Below are positions 52,442-62,160 of a DNA stretch of 64,000 nucleotides, piece after piece. Source of the DNA: an uncultured Cryobacterium sp. (lineage in GTDB: Bacteria; Actinomycetota; Actinomycetes; Actinomycetales; Microbacteriaceae); assembly GCA_964651535.1 (NCBI GenBank), contig CAZYYE010000001.1, positions 273,547-337,546 of the forward strand, read 5' to 3'. Position 1 is the stretch's first letter, and each line of letters opens with the position of its first letter. The position numbers and the translations under genes were made by a program. The notes under the pieces were generated by a model. That model was not told the DNA's origin and searched no databases. It saw only the letters and a program-made list of their open reading frames with translations.

Positions 52442-53517
52442 CCGAGACGTCGTCGCAACCTCTCTCCGAGCTCACGACGCTGCACGTGGGCGGCGCAGCG
52501 CGCGAACTGCTCTCGCCGAGCACCACGGCCGAGCTCGTCGAGGCGACCCTCGAGACGTGGTCGCGCCGGGAGCCGTGGTTCGCGCTCGGGGGAGGTTCGA
52601 ACCTCCTCATCGCCGACGACGGATTCGACGGCACGGTCATCCGGGTGCTCTCGCGCGGCATCGATCGCACATCCCTCCCTGAGGGATCGCGAAGCGATCG
52701 ACTCGAAGGTGGCAACACGATCCTGCGCGTTCTGGCCGGCGAACCCTGGGATTCCGTCGTCGTGCACGCCGTCGAGCAGGGCCTTTCCGGCATTGAGGCG
52801 CTGTCCGGCATCCCCGGTTCGGCGGGCGCCGCCCCCATGCAGAACATCGGCGCGTACGGCCAGGAACTTTCCGAGGTTCTCGTCTCGGTGGACTTCCTCG
52901 ACGAGGCGAGCGGCGAGCGGGTCACGCTCGCGGCATCCGAGCTTGAGCTCGGCTACCGCACCTCGTCGCTCAAGCGCGGGCGACGCGGAGTCGTTCTGTC
53001 CCTCGACCTGCGGCTCAGAGAAAGCGAGTTGAGCGGGCCGATCGCCTACGACCAGCTCGCGGCGGCTCTTGACGTGCCGGTGGGCGAGCGCGCGCCGCTC
53101 GCGGATGTGCGCAGCGCCGTTCTCGGGCTGCGCTCGTCGAAAGGCATGGTGCTGGACCCCGACGACCCCGACTCGGTGAGCGCCGGGTCGTTCTTCACGA
53201 ACCCGATCGTGGCGGAAAACTTCGCACGCGGTTTGCCGCGAGATGCGCCGCGCTGGATACTCGACCCCGACGCGCCAGAGTCCGATGTGAAGCTGAGCGC
53301 CGCGTGGCTCATCGAGCACAGCGGGATCACTCGCGGCTTCGCCCTTCCCGGATCGCGTGCTGCCGTGAGCTCCAAGCACACGCTCGCGCTCACGAACCGC
53401 GGCGGCGCGACCGCAGGCGACATCGCAGAACTGGCCCGCTATATCCACTTGCGCGTCCTGAACCAGTTCGGAATCCTCCTTCAGCCCGAGCCCCAGTTCG
53501 TCGGCCTCACCCTTTAG
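52438..53517 (+). CDS. murB: UDP-N-acetylmuramate dehydrogenase
   Basis: FAD-binding PCMH domain (GGGSNLL, GIPGSAGAAPMQNIGAYG) and a MurB C-terminal domain (SAGSFFTNP). Confidence 0.9.
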   Translation: MTETSSQPLSELTTLHVGGAARELLSPSTTAELVEATLETWSRREPWFALGGGSNLLIADDGFDGTVIRVLSRGIDRTSLPEGSRSDRLEGGNTILRVLAGEPWDSVVVHAVEQGLSGIEALSGIPGSAGAAPMQNIGAYGQELSEVLVSVDFLDEASGERVTLAASELELGYRTSSLKRGRRGVVLSLDLRLRESELSGPIAYDQLAAALDVPVGERAPLADVRSAVLGLRSSKGMVLDPDDPDSVSAGSFFTNPIVAENFARGLPRDAPRWILDPDAPESDVKLSAAWLIEHSGITRGFALPGSRAAVSSKHTLALTNRGGATAGDIAELARYIHLRVLNQFGILLQPEPQFVGLTL

Positions 53518-53523
53518 ACGGGC

Positions 53524-54147
53524 TCACAGCAGACCCAATTCCATCGCCCGCGTCACCGCGCGCGTGCGGTCGCTGACTTCGAGTTTCTCGAACGCGTGCA
53601 GCAAATGTGTCTTTACGGTCGCCTCGGAGAGGAACAACTCGCTCGCTATTGCCGGGTTGCTGCGGCCCTGCGCGACAAGTTTCAGCACCTCGGTTTCGCG
53701 CGGGCTGAGGCTCGGCGCGACGGGACGCTGCACTCGGCTCACGAGTAGCGCCGCAATGCGCGGCGCAAGCGCGACCTCGCCGCGCGCGACGGAGCGGATG
53801 CCCGCGAGCAATTCCTCTTGCGGCGCCGCCTTCAACAGGTACCCACTCGCGCCCGCCTCGATCGCGGTCAGGATGCTGTCGTCGCTCTCGTACGTGGTGA
53901 GCACGAGCACGCGGATGCCGGGCCGCTCGGCGAGGATTCGCGCGGTCGCTTCGTCCCCGTCGATGCCGGGCATGCGCAGGTCCATGAGGACGACGTCCGG
54001 CTCGAGCTCAAGTGCGTGGCGAACCGCCTCGAGGCCGTCGGCGGCTTCACCCACGACGTCCAGGTCATCCGCCGTGCCGAGGAGCGCCACGATTCCGCCG
54101 CGCACGACCGGGTGGTCGTCGGCCACGAGGATGCGCGTGCGGCTCAT
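53524..54147 (-). CDS. NarL/FixJ (LuxR-type) response regulator
   Basis: Receiver domain (ILVADDHP, VLMDLRMPGIDG) plus a LuxR HTH (LSPRETEVLKLVAQGRSNPAIASELFLSEATVKTHL). Confidence 0.9.
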   Translation of the reverse strand: MSRTRILVADDHPVVRGGIVALLGTADDLDVVGEAADGLEAVRHALELEPDVVLMDLRMPGIDGDEATARILAERPGIRVLVLTTYESDDSILTAIEAGASGYLLKAAPQEELLAGIRSVARGEVALAPRIAALLVSRVQRPVAPSLSPRETEVLKLVAQGRSNPAIASELFLSEATVKTHLLHAFEKLEVSDRTRAVTRAMELGLL

Positions 54148-55298
54148 GCCGGCACCGCTGCGGGCACCCGTGCGGTGAGGACCGTACCGTCGTTGCTGGT
54201 TTCCACGTCGAGGGAACCGTCGACGAGGGCGAGCCTCTCCCTCATTCCGGCGAGCCCGAAGCCGCCGCTGTTCTGGCCATCCGAGAATCCCATGCCGTCA
54301 TCGGCGACGCGCAACTCCACGTCGCGGCCGTTCCCTGTCGCCGTGAGCGTCACGGTATCCGCCTTCGCGTGCTTCCGGATGTTCGCGAGGGCTTCCTGCG
54401 TGCACCGCAGCAGCACCACTTCGCTGCCGCGGTCGAGCGCGGGGATATCGTTCGCCGCCACCGACACTCTCACCCCGGTCTCCCGCTCGAAGCGCTCCGC
54501 CAGTCGGTGAAGCGCCGGGACGAATCCGCCCGGCACTTCCACGGCCGCCCCGGATGCGACGAGCGAGCGCGTCTCCACGAGCGTCTCCCGCGTGTTCTCC
54601 TCGATCATGGCCAGTGCGGCCTTCGCCGCCGCGCTGTCGCCGGCGTCCAGGTCGCGGCGCGCGCCCTGCACGAGCATCACGAGGCCCGTGAGGCTTTGCG
54701 CGATCGTGTCGTGCAACTCCCGGGACAGCCGCTCCCGCTCGCTCGTGACGCCGGCGTCCCTGTGCATCGCGGCAAGCTGACCTTGAGCGGCGCGGAGGTC
54801 GTCGATGAGTTCCTGACGCTCGGCGGCGAGGTCGAAAATGCGGGTGATCCACAAACCGAGGGCAATGCTGAAGGCCAGGGACAACGCCGCCGTGAATGCC
54901 GCCTGCAGCGCCGACTCCGGGGTGAGCCCGAAGCTAGTCGCAATCCCGACGCCGACCGACAGGGCCAGCGCGATGTTCGCGAGGATGGCGTTACGCAAAT
55001 CGTGCGTGATCACCCAGACCAGCGGGAACGCAACGCACTGCATGACCGCCATCGCCGGGTAGAAGCTCGCCGCGACGCCGGCGCTCACGATCATGATGGC
55101 CAGGAACGCGACGGCGGCCCAGCGGCGCGTCCACGCGAGCCTTCCGATTGTGTACCAACTGGCTGCGAACACGGCGAGTGCCGCGAGCGCGCCCGCGATC
55201 CTCACAGGGCTGAGGTTCTCGATGAAGAAGAGCATGACGGTGAGCACGGCGGTGACGACTCCCACCGCCACGTGCCACCACTTCGGATTCTCCATCAA
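54144..55298 (-). CDS. Sensor histidine kinase (HisKA_3 type)
   Basis: N-terminal TMs, H-box SRELHDTIAQSL, N-box EALANIRKHA and G-box GFGLAGMRER. 4-nt overlap with the response regulator gene. Confidence 0.85.
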   Translation of the reverse strand: MMENPKWWHVAVGVVTAVLTVMLFFIENLSPVRIAGALAALAVFAASWYTIGRLAWTRRWAAVAFLAIMIVSAGVAASFYPAMAVMQCVAFPLVWVITHDLRNAILANIALALSVGVGIATSFGLTPESALQAAFTAALSLAFSIALGLWITRIFDLAAERQELIDDLRAAQGQLAAMHRDAGVTSERERLSRELHDTIAQSLTGLVMLVQGARRDLDAGDSAAAKAALAMIEENTRETLVETRSLVASGAAVEVPGGFVPALHRLAERFERETGVRVSVAANDIPALDRGSEVVLLRCTQEALANIRKHAKADTVTLTATGNGRDVELRVADDGMGFSDGQNSGGFGLAGMRERLALVDGSLDVETSNDGTVLTARVPAAVPA

Positions 55299-55319
55299 TC
55301 GATTCTCCCTGATTGCGGT

Positions 55320-56198
55320 TCAGGTGTCCTTGCGGATCCAGCGGAACGTCATCCGGGTGAGCAGGAGCCCCACGACGAACCAGACGCCCATGATGATCGC
55401 CACCCACGGAAGGTTCCACGTGCCGCCCTGTTCGAGCGTGGCGAAGGATTCCGGCAGGAACACGGCGCGCATTCCCTGCGCCATCCACTTGAGCGGGAAC
55501 ACGCTCGCGAAGTTCTGCAACCACTCCGGCAGCATCGTGAACTGCAGGTACACGCCCGAGATGAACTGCAGCAGCAGCACGATCGGAATGACGACGGCCG
55601 TTGCGCTCTTGCCGCTGCGGGGCAGCGCCGAGAGGGCAATCCCGAGCACGCAGCTCGTGATGACGCCGAGGAGGAACACCCAGGCGAACAGCAGCCACTT
55701 ATCCGGATCGGTCGGCAGCTCGACGTTGAATCCGACGCGCGCGACGAGGAGGATGAGCCCCGCTTGAACGACGGCGCTCAGGAACACCATGCCGATCTTG
55801 CCGATGAAGTAGGAGATCACGGGCAGCGGGGATCCGCCGAGGCGTTTGAGCGTGCCGTCGCCCTTCTCGGTGGCGATGTCGACGCCTAGGTTCTGCACGC
55901 CGCTCAGGAGCATGCCGGCCGCGATCATCCCGGGCAGGTAGTACGCCGCCCACGAGATGCCGCCCGTGCCGTCCGGTGCCGCGCCGAGGTTGCCCATGCC
56001 GCTGAACGCGACAGCGAAGATCGAGAGCATGAGGATCGGGAACAGGAACGTGAAGAACACGGAGTCGCCCTGGCGCGAATACACCTTCAGTTCGTAGCCG
56101 ATGCGGGAGATGCCGAGTCGGATGGCGCGGCCGAGAGTGTCGGTGTGCTGAGCCGGGCCGGTGCCGCTCGTGCCTTTGGTCGTGGTCAGGGTAGTCAT
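55320..56198 (-). CDS. ABC-2 type transporter permease
   Basis: 292 aa with six hydrophobic helices. It overlaps the upstream ATPase gene stop. Confidence 0.85.
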   Translation of the reverse strand: MTTLTTTKGTSGTGPAQHTDTLGRAIRLGISRIGYELKVYSRQGDSVFFTFLFPILMLSIFAVAFSGMGNLGAAPDGTGGISWAAYYLPGMIAAGMLLSGVQNLGVDIATEKGDGTLKRLGGSPLPVISYFIGKIGMVFLSAVVQAGLILLVARVGFNVELPTDPDKWLLFAWVFLLGVITSCVLGIALSALPRSGKSATAVVIPIVLLLQFISGVYLQFTMLPEWLQNFASVFPLKWMAQGMRAVFLPESFATLEQGGTWNLPWVAIIMGVWFVVGLLLTRMTFRWIRKDT

Positions 56199-57079
56199 GC
56201 GAGTGCCGCCTCAGTGTTCAAGTCGTCGGCGCGGCTCGCGCCGACGAGGTCCAGGTAGATGTCTTCCAGGCTCGGCCGGATGACTTCGAGGCCCTCCGGT
56301 TCGCGTCCAAGGTCTGTGTGAAGCTTCGCGACGAGAGCGGCGGGTTCGTGCGTGCGCTGCTCCCGTTTCGTGCCGCCGTCGTTCCAGCGGACGACGGGCA
56401 CGCGCGCCTCGGTGCCGCCGATTTCATCGATCGTGCCCATGTCGACGATGCGGCCGCCGTTAATGACCGCCGCGCGGTCGGCGAGGTGGGCGGCCTCGTC
56501 GAGGTAGTGGGTTGTGAGGAGGATGCTCGTCCCGTCGGCCTTGAGCCCGTCGATGAGCGTCCAGAACTGGCGTCGCGCTTCAGGGTCGAATCCCGTCGTG
56601 GGCTCGTCCAGGAACAGGAGCTCGGGGCGTCCGATGATGCCGAGTGCGACATCCACGCGCCGCCGCTGGCCGCCCGAGAGCTTGCCGATGCGGGTCTTCG
56701 CCTTGTCCCTGAGGCCCACGGCATCGATCACTTCGTTGATATCACGGGGATTCGGGTAGTAACCGGCGAAGTGGGTTAGCTGCTCGAGCACGGTGACGTT
56801 TCCGCTTTCGCCCGTGCTCTGCAGCACGATGCCGATGCGCGCCTTCCAGTCGATGCCTCCCCGCTGCGGGTCGACGCCGAGCACGCGCGCGTCGCCACTC
56901 GTGCGGTCGCGGTAGCCTTCCAGGATTTCGATCGTGGTGGATTTGCCGGCGCCGTTCGGCCCGAGCAGCGCGAACGTTTCGCCGCGGCGGATGTCGAAGG
57001 TCACGCCGTCGAGCCCCGTCACCGAACCATAGTTCTTGCGGAGGTCGGACACGCATACGACGTTGTCAGATTTGTTCAT
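56195..57079 (-). CDS. ABC transporter ATP-binding protein
   Basis: Walker A GPNGAGKST, signature LSGGQRRR and Walker B LLFLDEPT. Confidence 0.9.
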   Translation of the reverse strand: MNKSDNVVCVSDLRKNYGSVTGLDGVTFDIRRGETFALLGPNGAGKSTTIEILEGYRDRTSGDARVLGVDPQRGGIDWKARIGIVLQSTGESGNVTVLEQLTHFAGYYPNPRDINEVIDAVGLRDKAKTRIGKLSGGQRRRVDVALGIIGRPELLFLDEPTTGFDPEARRQFWTLIDGLKADGTSILLTTHYLDEAAHLADRAAVINGGRIVDMGTIDEIGGTEARVPVVRWNDGGTKREQRTHEPAALVAKLHTDLGREPEGLEVIRPSLEDIYLDLVGASRADDLNTEAALA

Positions 57080-57186
57080 GCCACCATCGTGGTCGCCGCC
57101 GGTCGTGCGCGGTAGCGATCATCCGGTGGGATTCCGCATCCACCGATCGGTTGACCCTCGCCGCCATTGCCCTTCGTACATCCCCT

Positions 57187-57241
57187 GAGTTGCGAGTTTG
57201 TGCCCTTCCCTGCACGCGCGAAGGGCACAAACTCGCAACTC
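57187..57241. terminator. 22-bp perfect inverted repeat (GAGTTGCGAGTTTGTGCCCTTC / GAAGGGCACAAACTCGCAACTC), 11-nt loop
   Basis: Arms at 57187-57208 and 57220-57241. The right arm overlaps the stop codon of the minus-strand gene 57240..58016, so the hairpin forms at its 3' end. Confidence 0.5.
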
Positions 57242-58016
57242 ACGCCATGAGGGGTCGGACTTTTAGCACAGTACGGATGCGCTCCGCCAGTTCGCGCGGG
57301 TTGCTCAGGTCGTCGTTGTTGACCTGCATCACGAACCAGCCGTCGGCTTCGAGCCGCGAAATCCGGGTCATGTCCGCCCGGAAATCCTTCGACTCGTCGT
57401 GGAAGCGGCTTTGATACTCGATCACGACCTTCCTCTCGCCGGTCACGACGAGGACGCGGAGGAGCGACTCCCGCCGCGATTCGGATCGATCGTTGAGAAG
57501 CGGCAGCGCGGCACGCAATGCCGGATTGCCGCGACGGCCTGCGTAGTCAGCCACCGCCACTTCGAGGCGCTCGGCCGTGGTGAACGGGAGCCGATGGTGG
57601 ATCAGATAGTCTCCCGCGGCAACCAGGTCGGGCAGGGTGAGAACGGCTCCAAGTTGGCACCAGGTGAACTCAGCGGAACTTATGCGAATGCCGTGCCAGG
57701 AGCCCACGTGGTCGGGGTGAGAGACGAAGGTGTGACTCCGAATGTTCTTGCCTGTGGGTGTGCGAAACGGTGGCGGAACTGCCACGTGAAGCACCCGGGA
57801 TTCCTCGTGCCGGCGCGGAAGCGGGATGGACATCAGGACCGCGGCGGTGGCGCCGCAGAAGTACGCGTGACTTGCCATCGACTGTTGATACGCAGCACAA
57901 AGGCCCTCTATCGTGAGTGGGCCCGTTTGGGGCGAACGAATCCCTCGGAACGGGCGTTGGAGATCACTGCCACGCAGCCTTTTGACCCCCAGGCCTGCCT
58001 CGATTCCCTGACGCAC
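57240..58016 (-). CDS. DUF559-like endonuclease-related protein, apparently with an internal deletion in the nuclease core
   Basis: The C terminus, SESRRESLLRVLVVTGERKVVIEYQSRFH ... RISRLEADGWFVMQV, resembles the Vsr-like DUF559 fold. The segment normally found between the AG and the xIEY strand seems to be missing. Confidence 0.55.
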   Translation of the reverse strand: MRQGIEAGLGVKRLRGSDLQRPFRGIRSPQTGPLTIEGLCAAYQQSMASHAYFCGATAAVLMSIPLPRRHEESRVLHVAVPPPFRTPTGKNIRSHTFVSHPDHVGSWHGIRISSAEFTWCQLGAVLTLPDLVAAGDYLIHHRLPFTTAERLEVAVADYAGRRGNPALRAALPLLNDRSESRRESLLRVLVVTGERKVVIEYQSRFHDESKDFRADMTRISRLEADGWFVMQVNNDDLSNPRELAERIRTVLKVRPLMA

Positions 58017-58056
58017 CGTGAACGACCCTGAGCGAAGGTGGTCAGCGGGCGGCTAG

Positions 58057-59259
58057 CTAACTGAACAGGCGCTGCAGGCGCTGGATGCCCTCCAGGAGCG
58101 GCTCGTCGCCCAGTGCGTAGGAGAGTCGCACGTATCCGCTCGGTCCGAACGCCTCGCCCGGCACCACGGCAACCTCCGCCTGTTCGAGGATGAGGTCGGC
58201 GAGCTCGAGCGACGTCGTCGCCTTCACACCGCCCCACGCTCGCCCGAACAACCCCGTCACATCCGCATACGCGTAGAACGCACCGTGCGGCATGGGGGCG
58301 TGGACGCCCTCGATCTTGTTGAGTTCCTCGATGATGACGTTCCGGCGGCGCTCGAACGCCTGCCGCATGAGCTCGACCGTCTCCTGCGGCCCGGTGAGCG
58401 CCGCGAGCGCCGCGCGCTGCGAAATGTTAGACACGTTGGAGGTCAGGTGCGATTGCATGTTCGCGGCGCCCTTGATGGCATCCGCGGGCCCGACCATCCA
58501 GCCGAGCCGCCATCCGGTCATCGCATAGCTCTTGGCGACTCCGTTCACGAGCAGCGTCTGCTCCGCGAGCCCCGGGACGGCCTCGACGATGGAAACGGCT
58601 TTCACGCCGCCATAGACGAGGTTCTGGTAGATCTCGTCCGTCATGACCCAAATGCCGTGCTCGAGCGCCCACGACCCGATCGTCGCGGTCTCTTCCGGCG
58701 TGTACACCGCGCCCGTCGGATTGGACGGCGAGACGAAGATCAGCAGCTTCGTCCGCGGGGTGCGGGCCGCCTCGAGCTGTTCCACCGTCACCTTGTAGCC
58801 CTGGTCGGCGCCGGCGAACACCTCGACGGGCACCCCTCCGGCGAGTTTGATGACCTCCGGGTAGGTGGTCCAATACGGCGACGGCAGGATGACCTCGTCC
58901 CCGTCGTCGACGACGGTCGCGATCGACTGGTAGACGGCCTGCTTTCCGCCGTTCGTGACGATGACGCTGGACGCGTCAACGTCGAGGCCGCTGTCCCTGC
59001 GGGTTTTCTCCGCGATCGCCTCGCGCAGCTCGGGAAGTCCGGCGGCAGGCGTGTAACGGTAGTTGCGGGGGTCGAGGACCGCGGCGGATGCGGCATCCAC
59101 AACGTTCGATGGCGTCACGAAGTCGGGCTCGCCGGCCGCGTAGGAAATGATCGGGCGCCCCTGCGCCTTCAGTGCCTTTGCTTTCGCATCGACCTTGAGC
59201 GTCGCAGATTCGGCGATGGCGGCTATTCTGCGGGAAAGGCGCGAGTGTTCACTGGTCAC
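58057..59259 (-). CDS. Pyridoxal phosphate-dependent aminotransferase (aspartate aminotransferase class I)
   Basis: [25 protein letters not shown] (PLP Lys) and a 400-aa length. Confidence 0.9.
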   Translation of the reverse strand: MTSEHSRLSRRIAAIAESATLKVDAKAKALKAQGRPIISYAAGEPDFVTPSNVVDAASAAVLDPRNYRYTPAAGLPELREAIAEKTRRDSGLDVDASSVIVTNGGKQAVYQSIATVVDDGDEVILPSPYWTTYPEVIKLAGGVPVEVFAGADQGYKVTVEQLEAARTPRTKLLIFVSPSNPTGAVYTPEETATIGSWALEHGIWVMTDEIYQNLVYGGVKAVSIVEAVPGLAEQTLLVNGVAKSYAMTGWRLGWMVGPADAIKGAANMQSHLTSNVSNISQRAALAALTGPQETVELMRQAFERRRNVIIEELNKIEGVHAPMPHGAFYAYADVTGLFGRAWGGVKATTSLELADLILEQAEVAVVPGEAFGPSGYVRLSYALGDEPLLEGIQRLQRLFS

Positions 59260-59279
59260 GGTTCCCAGCTTAAAGCACT

Positions 59280-59313
59280 GGCGCGACCGGGGTCGGGAAA
59301 CCCCGGTCGCGCC
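59280..59313 (-). terminator. Hairpin GGCGCGACCGGGGT-CGGGAA-ACCCCGGTCGCGCC after the surface-protein gene
   Basis: Perfect 14-bp stem starting 22 nt downstream of the stop at 59335 (minus strand), followed on that strand by GTGCTTTAAG. Confidence 0.6.
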
Positions 59314-59334
59314 GTCTACCGGCGGCCGTCGAGA

Positions 59335-61263
59335 CTAGAGCTCGATCGTTGTTGGGTGGTTCCTCCGGTAACCCTTTCGTGCGAGCCAGATGCCAGCGAT
59401 CAGCAGCCCGAGCAGCGCTGCGAGCATCGCTCCGATCGCCACGCCCGTGTAGGCGAGGGAGCCGGCGCTCATGATGTCAGAACTGACTTCCCCGGTCGGC
59501 GTGGTGCCCGGAGTTCCCGGATCGCCCGGAGTTCCCGGACCGCCGGGTCCTCCCGGCGTGCCAGGTCCGCCCGGCACGCTGGCGTCCACAGCGGGTGCGA
59601 CGGATGCCGCGGCGAGGCTCAACGTTGTGAGCCCGCCCGATCCGGCCGGTTTCAGAACGGACACCCTCATCGCCGTTTGCGTGAACACCGTGTTGGTGGC
59701 CACTCCGAGGCCGCCGCCGTTCAGCGTCGTCTCCTGCAGGTTGACCCTGATGGACAGGATGTTGGACAGCACCCCTTGAACGCCGGCGGACCCGAGCAAC
59801 CCGGCGTTCGCGTGGCTGAGCAACGATCCGCCGAGCACGCCGCGGAGGACGGGCATGATGCCGCCCGCATCGTAGATGCAGCGGCCGAGCTCGAGCCTCA
59901 GCGAGGTCAGGATGCGCTCCGTGCTGATCGTCACCGGTATCCCGAGAACCTGCGCGGACACCGTCGCCGGCGTCTGGCCATTCAGGATGTGGGACACGGT
60001 GCCGTGCACGTCGACCGCGACGGACGTCTGCAGTTTGGGCAGAACCGTGGTTGTCGGCGTGCAGATGAGGGTGCCGAGCAGCTTGCCGAGCACATCGCTC
60101 AGGATGTTCCCCTGACTGTCCCGGTACTGGCACGTTTCACCGAGAATCGGTGCCTGATCAGTGAGCAGGTTCAGGTCGACATCGACATCCAGCATCACGT
60201 TGCCGAGCGCGGCGTCGAGACGGGCGAGCACCTGGTCGCTGAGCGCGGCAACGTTGTGCCCGATGGTCGTCACGATTTTGTTGATGTTCGCGCTCGTGAG
60301 GACTTCGGAGTTCACCGGACGGTTGTTGAGGTTGTCTCCGATGAGTTTGTTGAGGTCGACGGCGACTTTCCCCGTCGTCACGTTGAAACTCACTCCGGAT
60401 CCGCCCCAGGTCGACGTGAGCAGCTCGGCAACGACGGCCTGCAGGTTGCGCGTGAGCGTGATCGACACGGATGCATCGCCCGCGAGCGAGAGCGCCGGAT
60501 TCGACGCGACCAGCACGGCATTCAGGGCCGCCGCGAGGGTGCCGCTCCTGCCGGCGAGCCGATCGAGCTTGGCGTCCGCCTCATCGACTGCTTTCGTAAT
60601 GGTCGAGGAGATTCTGGCGAGCGCCGGGCTCGTGAACGTGAGCGTGAGCCCTTCGATGTAGTAGTCGCCGTCGACGGACTGCAACGTACCGCGGGCGTTG
60701 GCGGCGATCGCGCGCACCGCGAGTTTCAGGTCCGCGATCACGGAAACGTAGGAGTCCTCGATGAGCCGGTCGAGCGAAAGGCTGAGCGCATCGGCGGGGT
60801 TCGACTGGTTGGGACCGATGGCCCCGCCCTCTCCTACCGATCCGCTCGCGCCGAGTGCCACTCCCGACTTCTCCGCGCGAGCATACTGGGAGAGCACGCC
60901 GCCGGTCGTCTGGGTGTTGAGCACGGCATCGGGGCTGACCCTGACTGCACCGATATTGATGGGCACGGTGCCGAGCAGGTTGACCGCGAGGGGATCCGCG
61001 ACTTCCTGCGTCCCCTGCGTTCCGCCGTTCCAGGCGGTCGCGGGCGTGAGGCTCGCAATCGTGTCGAGGTCGAGCCCCGCGAGCGACCCTGAAAGGAATC
61101 TGCCCTGAGCCCACGTGGCGTGTGCGGTGGTGGCGCTCGCAGCGGCAGGTGCCGCGACGGCGAGAGCGCCGATGATGCCGAGGGTGCCGAGAATGGCGGT
61201 AGAGCTGGTGATGATGGATTTCCCGACTGAGCTTCCAGTCCGTCGAATTCGTGCAGTGAACAC
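59335..61263 (-). CDS. LAxTG-anchored cell-surface protein (choice-of-anchor-G-like) with Pro/Gly stalk
   Basis: N-terminal signal peptide and a Thr/Ser/Gly/Leu-rich body. The C terminus is PGGPGTPGGPGGPGTPGDPGTPG ... LAYTG followed by a hydrophobic helix and a basic tail (sortase signal). Confidence 0.8.
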   Translation of the reverse strand: MFTARIRRTGSSVGKSIITSSTAILGTLGIIGALAVAAPAAASATTAHATWAQGRFLSGSLAGLDLDTIASLTPATAWNGGTQGTQEVADPLAVNLLGTVPINIGAVRVSPDAVLNTQTTGGVLSQYARAEKSGVALGASGSVGEGGAIGPNQSNPADALSLSLDRLIEDSYVSVIADLKLAVRAIAANARGTLQSVDGDYYIEGLTLTFTSPALARISSTITKAVDEADAKLDRLAGRSGTLAAALNAVLVASNPALSLAGDASVSITLTRNLQAVVAELLTSTWGGSGVSFNVTTGKVAVDLNKLIGDNLNNRPVNSEVLTSANINKIVTTIGHNVAALSDQVLARLDAALGNVMLDVDVDLNLLTDQAPILGETCQYRDSQGNILSDVLGKLLGTLICTPTTTVLPKLQTSVAVDVHGTVSHILNGQTPATVSAQVLGIPVTISTERILTSLRLELGRCIYDAGGIMPVLRGVLGGSLLSHANAGLLGSAGVQGVLSNILSIRVNLQETTLNGGGLGVATNTVFTQTAMRVSVLKPAGSGGLTTLSLAAASVAPAVDASVPGGPGTPGGPGGPGTPGDPGTPGTTPTGEVSSDIMSAGSLAYTGVAIGAMLAALLGLLIAGIWLARKGYRRNHPTTIEL

Positions 61264-61645
61264 GGCTGGTACCTTCCCTTATCCATAGAGGATCCAGGAA
61301 ACGTGTCAGGCGACTGCTCGTGACAACTCGGGATATTGGAACGAAGGAAGCCGCCTGTGTTCAGCTTCCCGGTGTCCTATTGAGTTGAAGGAGCGGATTC
61401 GCGAATACGGTTAGGGACCGTGGGTACATCCGCAAATCTGCCCACTTACCTGAACAGACTCGTCTGCTCACGATTTATGACGCGAAAGTTGAATATTCTT
61501 TTCTGGACCCTGCGAGCTTTGCGCGCGCATACCCGGGTCGCTTACACTGGTTCGAGGTAGTTGAAATCTGCCATGCTTTCGTGCGCCAATTTTTGGCAGA
61601 AACCCTCGGGCCGTCGTCGCGAATCCATGGCGTTTGGCACTGCTT

Positions 61646-61718
61646 AGGGCGGTGGCTCAATTGGTAGAGCAGCGGTCTCCAAAACCGCAGGTTGCAGGTT
61701 CGAGTCCTGTCCGCCCTG
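61646..61718 (+). tRNA. tRNA-Trp (CCA)
   Basis: Acceptor AGGGCGG/CCGCCCT, anticodon loop CTCCAAA, T-arm GCAGG-TTCGAGT-CCTGT. Confidence 0.9.
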
Positions 61719-61803
61719 CAGCTGGATTCGGGCGAATGCTCGTGCCAGCGCGAGTACGACCGGTCACCGTGGCCGGCTGAGCACCATCCGGAAGGTAGCC
61801 AAC

Positions 61804-62082
61804 GTGGCGAGAAGAGTAGCCGACGAACCCAGTGAGGACATCGTCGCCAATGCCAAGATGGATCGCGCCAAAATGCGCGGACCGTTCGGCAAGATTGCGC
61901 TGTTTCTGCGTCAGGTGATGAACGAGCTCCGGAAGGTCATCACGCCGACCCGCAAGGAACTCATCAGTTACACCGGCGTCGTCCTGGTGTTCGTGGTGTT
62001 CATGATGGCGATAGTTTCGCTGCTCGACCTGGCGTTCGGGACGGGCGTCGGCTACATCTTCGGAAATGGTCCGACTCAGTAA
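61804..62082 (+). CDS. secE: Preprotein translocase subunit SecE
   Basis: 92 aa with FLRQVMNELRKVITPTRKELISYTGVVLVFVVF, the canonical SecE C-terminal TM region. Its position between tRNA-Trp and nusG supports the call. Confidence 0.85.
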   Translation: MARRVADEPSEDIVANAKMDRAKMRGPFGKIALFLRQVMNELRKVITPTRKELISYTGVVLVFVVFMMAIVSLLDLAFGTGVGYIFGNGPTQ

Positions 62083-62160
62083 TTGCTTCGCGCGACTGCG
62101 CGGCCGTGTACGTGCGATCTGTCCCAAAGGGCGGATCCCAAGAAAATGGAATGAGATTCA

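Noticed and set aside
54012-55889. 625-aa plus-strand ORF
   Set aside because: It is antisense to the histidine kinase and the ABC permease. It is an Arg/His/Asp-rich shadow ORF.
59471-59600. Short GC-rich repeats that could be mistaken for a repeat array or CRISPR
   Set aside because: They lie inside the surface-protein reading frame and encode the Pro/Gly stalk. There are no spacer-repeat periodicity and no cas genes. I saw no CRISPR array anywhere in the window.
58285-61092. 935-aa plus-strand ORF
   Set aside because: It is antisense to the aminotransferase and the LAxTG surface protein. Its composition is Arg/Gly/Asp-rich and without motifs, so it is a shadow ORF.
61475-61660. 61-aa minus-strand ORF in the tRNA-Trp upstream region
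   Set aside because: It overlaps the 5' end of tRNA-Trp and lies in an AT-richer promoter region. It has no SD and its composition is not coding-like.
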